Source: Squalus acanthias (lineage: Eukaryota). Taken from it: a stretch of 64,000 bases of DNA. The number at the start of each line of letters is the position of its first letter. Position 1 is the first letter of the stretch. The DNA lies in assembly GCA_030390025.1 (NCBI GenBank), contig CM059438.1, positions 67,458,001 through 67,522,000 of the forward strand, given 5' to 3'. The translations under genes and the position numbers were made by a program. Positions 58,776 through 64,000 of this stretch are shown here, piece after piece. The notes under the pieces were generated by a model. The model had not been told where the DNA came from, ran no database searches, and was given only the letters and a program-made list of their open reading frames with translations.

Positions 58776-60917
58776 ACTTGCTGGATTTGCACCTTAATTG
58801 CCCATTAAACTCACCACAAAAACTTAAGTCTAGTAATTAATAGTGTAAGCACCCTTTTAACGACGTGATAATTGTTAATGACTGCTAATCAACCTCTCTG
58901 GCCCAGAAAGTGAACAATTTAAACTGTGGAGTCTCATTCCTTCAGGTATTCTACTGTTTTTGGAGATTTTTTTTCTTACTTTTCCTTTCTGTCTCTTTTT
59001 TTTCTCTGTGTGATGCCCTGCTCAAGCTGTTATATTCTTTACCGGTCCCACTCCTATTTAAACATCTTCTAATTAGTTGGCTCCTTGTGCTGTCTTCTAT
59101 GTCTTCAAAATTCCTACAATTAAATTTAGAATTGTCTGAATCTGGATTATATTATTTATCATTTTGAAATAGCCTTCCTGTCACTTTTCCATCATTGAAT
59201 CATGCTGACCTATTTAAGATCTGTTCTTTGAGTTGGCTGCCCAACCCAGAGCCTTTGTTGATAGGGCACATTACTTTTATATTGCTTCTGGCTACAGCAT
59301 TCTGCTGATGCAAGCTGTACTGCTCCTTTATCATCTTCTTGGTATTGGTATTTCAGCTCCAGTTTCAGGCCATTGCCTTTGAACTTTGTTTTCATTTCCT
59401 CAGCCTCCACATCTCTGCCTGACTCGTGGGAAGGGGTTTGCAGCCTATTGATGTTGAAGCCACCTCTCAGTCATCGTGCAGCATATTATCTTCCTAAGCT
59501 GGCTAATGTCATTTATCATAGATTTATCAAAACAGAAGGCAGTTGTTTGGTCTATAATACCACTGCAGTGCTAACTCCAACATCACTTATCTAGTCTAAG
59601 CGGATTTTCCTTACTTTCCCTGTACCTGTGAATATTTTTCTGCTTCAGTTGTTTATCTAAGACTCTCTTAAATGCCATGATTGAATCTGCTTCAACAGTC
59701 ATTTGTAATCATGCATTCTATATTTTAATAACTCTTTGCATGAAAAAATAATTGAATTTCCACCTTTTTAACTTTTAGTACTGATTCTAAATATATGACC
59801 CTATGGTGCTGATTCACCGAGCAGTGGAAATAATCTTTCAATAATTACCCTCCCAAAACCTTTCATAATTTGAACACTAATATTAGATTCCCCCTTTAAC
59901 CTTCTCTGCTCTAGTGTACATAGCCCTATTTTCACATCTCTCGTTATAACCATCCTCTCACCCCTATTGTCTTGGGAAAAGTAAAAGTGGATAAAATGAG
60001 GTTGGGAATTATTAAAGTACACAGGAGATTCTATAGCTTCAAACACAGATCGAAACAGGGAAATCCAGAACAGGTCTATGTAATAACAAAATAAATGGTA
60101 AAGGAAACCAAAAAATCAGCTTTGCTTCCTTGTTTACACCGACACCAATATATAACAGAGGTGTTAAATTCTGAAAGAGCGAAACCCCAAATTAACTCGC
60201 TAGATGGGGGCTTTGCGTCCAGGGGCTGAGATGGATGGCAAAGCCTGGGAGATTTTAACAGTCAGTCTCCTGCCTGAACCCGGCGAGAAGCAATAGCTGG
60301 CCAGCAGGAAGGTGTGGGATTTTGGGTGGTAGAGGCCGTCGCCAGAGTCCCAAAGGAATGATCCCCAGGACTCAGGTAAGTAAAGGGGGGTGAGGAGGGA
60401 ATCACAGTTGGGGAGGGAACCCCACGGTAGGGGAGGCTCAAGGTTTCCCTGTGGAGAAGTGCCCAGTTAATCCAATAAATTCTCATAGTATAAGAAATAT
60501 AAATTTAGATATGCATGCAAAAAATAAGCTGCCACATTGCTTACTTTTCAACAAGGACTACACTTTAAAACAATGTCATTGTCTGTGAGGTGCTTTGCAA
60601 AGTGCTGTGGATGTGAGAGGCGGTATATAAAATGCAAGTTCTTTCTTCAAAGAAACAGAAAATGCCCGACAAACTGTTATTCTCAGGATATGGGCAATGC
60701 CAGCAAGGTCAAATTTCTTGCACACCCCTAGTTCCCCTGAGGAATCACTGAAAACATAACCAAATGCCATTCACATTAAATGGGGAGACAGAATTAAATC
60801 ACTGCAGAAGAGGACACAGTGCCTTCTGTAGCCAGAAATATTGTAAGTCATTTTATTAATACCATAGATTTAAAGCGAGCATACAATTGGTATCATTATG
60901 GAGCTAGGACTGAGACT

Positions 60918-61400
60918 GGGATACCTGGGATGGCAGGAATGACATATGAGGAGAGATTGGGTCGATTGGGCTTATACTCGCTGGAGTATAGAAGAATGAG
61001 AGGGGATCTCATCGAAACATATAAAATTCTGACAGGTCTGGACAAACTAGATGCAGGAAGAATGTTCCCGATGGTCGGAGAGTCCAGAACCAGGGGTCAT
61101 AATCTAAGGATAAGAGGTAAGCCATTTAGGACAGAAATGAGGAAGAATTTCTTCACCCAGAGAGTGGTGAACCTGTGGAATTCTCTACCACAGAAGGTAG
61201 TTGAGGCCAAGTCATTAAATATATTCAAGAATGAGTTAGATATATTTCTTAAAGATAAAGGTATCAAGGGATATGGGGAGAAGGCAGGTACAGGGTACTG
61301 AGTTTGGATGATCAGCCATGATCTCATCGAATGGTGGAGCAGGCTCGAGGGGCCGAATGGCCTACTCCTGCTACTATCTTCTATGTTTCTATGTTTCTAT
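60918..61400 (+). mobile_element. CR1 LINE 3' fragment
   Basis: YEERLGRLGLYSLEYRRMRGDLIETYKI; (TTCTATGT)n tail. Confidence 0.88.
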
Positions 61401-61560
61401 GAGAGTACTGAAGTGAATCTAACCTCTATTGTATCGATGTGTCTCTAAAATCAAGTTATTGTAATTGTTGTCCTAAATATTTTGATAACAATGTTATTTG
61501 TTCAGGTATAGAGTTAGGAAAATGAAGTAATTTTTAAGATACAACTCTCTTACAGTATTT

Positions 61561-62290
61561 GGGGGAGAAATTCAATATAGCCCTGCTTGGGGTGCTCACT
61601 TTTAAAAGTTGAAAAAATTAGCGCCAGGCGTAATGTCTTTCAACTTTAAAAAAAAATTGGTTTTGCGCTCCAGGAAGGAAGTGGGGCGCTAAATCAAGAG
61701 CGCAACAGGCAGCAGGCGGGGCAGTAGATGTGCAGCCCTGCACAATGGGCTGTGCAGCGCTTCCACGTTGGAAGGTTCCTTCCCCCCCTTAAAGGGAAGG
61801 GCCATCGCTGCAGTCTCTGCCAGGGCAAAACTTACCTGGTCCCCGACGGCAGCCGCAATCCGGCCCGATCAGCCCGATGCACTGCAGCAGAGTCCCGGGC
61901 TGATCGATCGCTGGCGAAGAAAACTGAAAAAAAAAACAGAACCAGCATTTCAGATTTTTTGTTACTTACCTCGGCCACTTCGCCTTTAAGTGTCGCTCCC
62001 GAAGCGCCCGGCCTCCCGATGAACGCCTCCCGCAGCTGCCAGTGTTTTCGCCCAGCGATGCTGCAGCGGGCGGAACCGAAGTTCGGTGCTGGAGCGCTAC
62101 CGGGGCGATGCGCATGGCGATGACTTCACGATCTCCAGGTGAAGGAGATCGGGGCGCAACGCCATACCGCCACCGCAAACCTCCCACCGAATATCGCAGG
62201 AGTCGATCTTCTCGCCACGCCCGGTCGGTAAGTGATTACCCCCCACCGGAGGCGATAACGGGAGGTGCAAAGGTACCCAATTTCTCCCCC
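61561..62290. mobile_element. MITE / non-autonomous DNA transposon
   Basis: Perfect 12-bp TIR GGGGGAGAAATT / AATTTCTCCCCC with TTT on both sides; GC-rich non-coding interior. Confidence 0.7.
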
Positions 62291-64000
62291 TTTATTTCTT
62301 CATCTCCTATAAGGTAAATAGTTTTCAACCAACGTCGCACTTTACTCAAACTGTTGGAAGATTTTAAAAAAAGAAATCATATCATTTAGGTTGGAGTAAT
62401 GTAGGTCAGGTCGAGTGAGCTAAATTCAGCATCAGAGGTTAAAACCTAGACCTACAGAGGTAAATTTTGGCATCCTTTCATTGTAATGTCAAGATTTTAC
62501 AATTAATTGTTCCTACATTAATAGGTGCTTGGATTACAGACACACAATAATGATTGAGACAGCGTCGTCACATGTTGCAGTTTTCCCAAGGCACTAGTAT
62601 CCTTTCTATAATAGGATCCCTGGAACTGCACCTAATATTCCAACCAATAGCCGAACCAATGTATTTTACAGATATATCATCAGCTCCTGGATTTTCTATT
62701 GGCTGACCCTATATATCAAACCCAGAATCCCATTTGCTTGTAGGATTGATGAATGCTAAATGCCTCACAATATAGATTATTGTAACTTAATTCCTGGGTG
62801 CCAGGATCATCAAATAACAAATCATAGAGAGATGCAGCAACTAATGTTAGTTTGTTTAACAACATCTATGATAGCACTACTAACACTTCACAAGATTAAG
62901 TATTAATAATTGCCGTGAAGTAAATAAATAATTAATATCAATGAATAGAATCTAAATCACTTTGGGAATAACAGTAACTTAAATGTATCCCAATATCTCA
63001 GCACCAGCTGGGTTTTGCTTAGCAACAGCAGAACAAAATTATTTTCATGTTCAAGAATAAAGGATAATTTAACAGGGTTAAGGTCACAGTCAGCATTCAA
63101 TGTATCTGCTATTGTTCTGCTATTGAGGTTGTCCATTTTTGACATGAGCATAAGATGTAGGTTCACTACTGTGGCACTGGGTAATTCTGCTTTCTTCAGG
63201 AATGCTCAAGCTTCAGTTCTGGGGTGAGCCGTGATGACTCATCATCCATGGCCGTTGTCTTCTTTCTTAAATTGTCGTCTTCTCCTCGTGACTTGAGCTA
63301 ACCTTGCACACATGACAAACCTCTTTGCTGTTACACTGGGCTTCCGCTCTGTATGCAGAAACTTTCAAGGAAATTACAATTATGGACCTAACAAGATGAT
63401 CAATTCAATTTCAATGATCACGGACCAGCGCGGACATGTGTCGAAAAATATCACTGCAGATTTTAATTAGCTTGACAAAGAACCGGTCTCCAAATATGCT
63501 GCTTTTCACTTCCCAGTGCTTAAATCAAAAGAAGGAAGACATATTTTGGCTATCAGTAGTCGGTTAAAGTTATTTCTAGCTTATTAACTGGATCAGTTTG
63601 TTGGTCTTCTATTTAGGTGAAATCCAGTTCTGTTAAAAGGACATCCCACAAGCAAAGATTAGCCCCTCAAACTAAGAGCAGTTCAGAAAGCCTGCAGCAT
63701 GTTCCGAATGCATATGGAGTTCCTACGTGCCTTTTTGTAAAATGGCTTTATGCACCTGCGGTCCTGCCCTGAAAGATTTGAATATCTACACCCTTTGATC
63801 TCTGGTTCTCTACTGCACTGAGAACTTTACCACTTGAAGTGTAGTTCTGTTGTCTGCTCTTCTTCCCCAATTACTTACTTCACATTTTCTTTTGGAACTG
63901 CCTTTACCACATATCCGCCCACTCCCCTTACCCGCCTATGCTGTCCTACAATCGCCTGCATTCTTCCTTTGTTTTCCATTCCACAGAGGGCGTCTCGCCA

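Noticed and set aside
59210..59410. Purine-rich minus-strand ORF as a possible exon (also 62957-63166 and 55443-55679)
   Set aside because: No convincing splice-site pair in a compatible phase and no recognisable protein.
1..64000. CRISPR arrays, rRNA or prokaryotic operons
   Set aside because: Sequence is vertebrate repeat-rich DNA; no regularly spaced repeat-spacer array or rRNA motif seen.

Overview
Repeat-dense vertebrate genomic DNA, probably from a cartilaginous fish (inferred from SacSINE1-like Deu-SINEs and abundant CR1/L2 LINEs). No host gene could be confidently named. The centrepiece is a complete, apparently intact, very young endogenous retrovirus on the minus strand (26253-38853, 12.6 kb). 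It has two 1612-bp LTRs with no mismatch seen by eye, a GATG target-site duplication, and a perfect 18-nt tRNA-Arg(TCG) primer-binding site that overlaps the gag start codon. Gag carries a CCHC knuckle and overlapping PSAP/PPxY late domains, and joins pol in frame through a single UGA-CUAG readthrough-type stop. Pol has protease, RT (YVDD), a catalytically dead Gypsy-like RNase H followed by an intact RNase H, integrase and a ~275-aa tail. The 783-aa Env is organised like a paramyxo/pneumovirus F protein and has an apparent Ig-like domain at its N-terminus. This architecture matches lokiretroviruses rather than classical ERVs. The rest of the window holds CR1 and L2 LINE fragments (one near full-length CR1 nested in a SINE), two SINE families, PIF/Harbinger remnants with Myb/SANT-like exons, MITEs, a Penelope-type minimal hammerhead ribozyme motif and weak candidate host exons.
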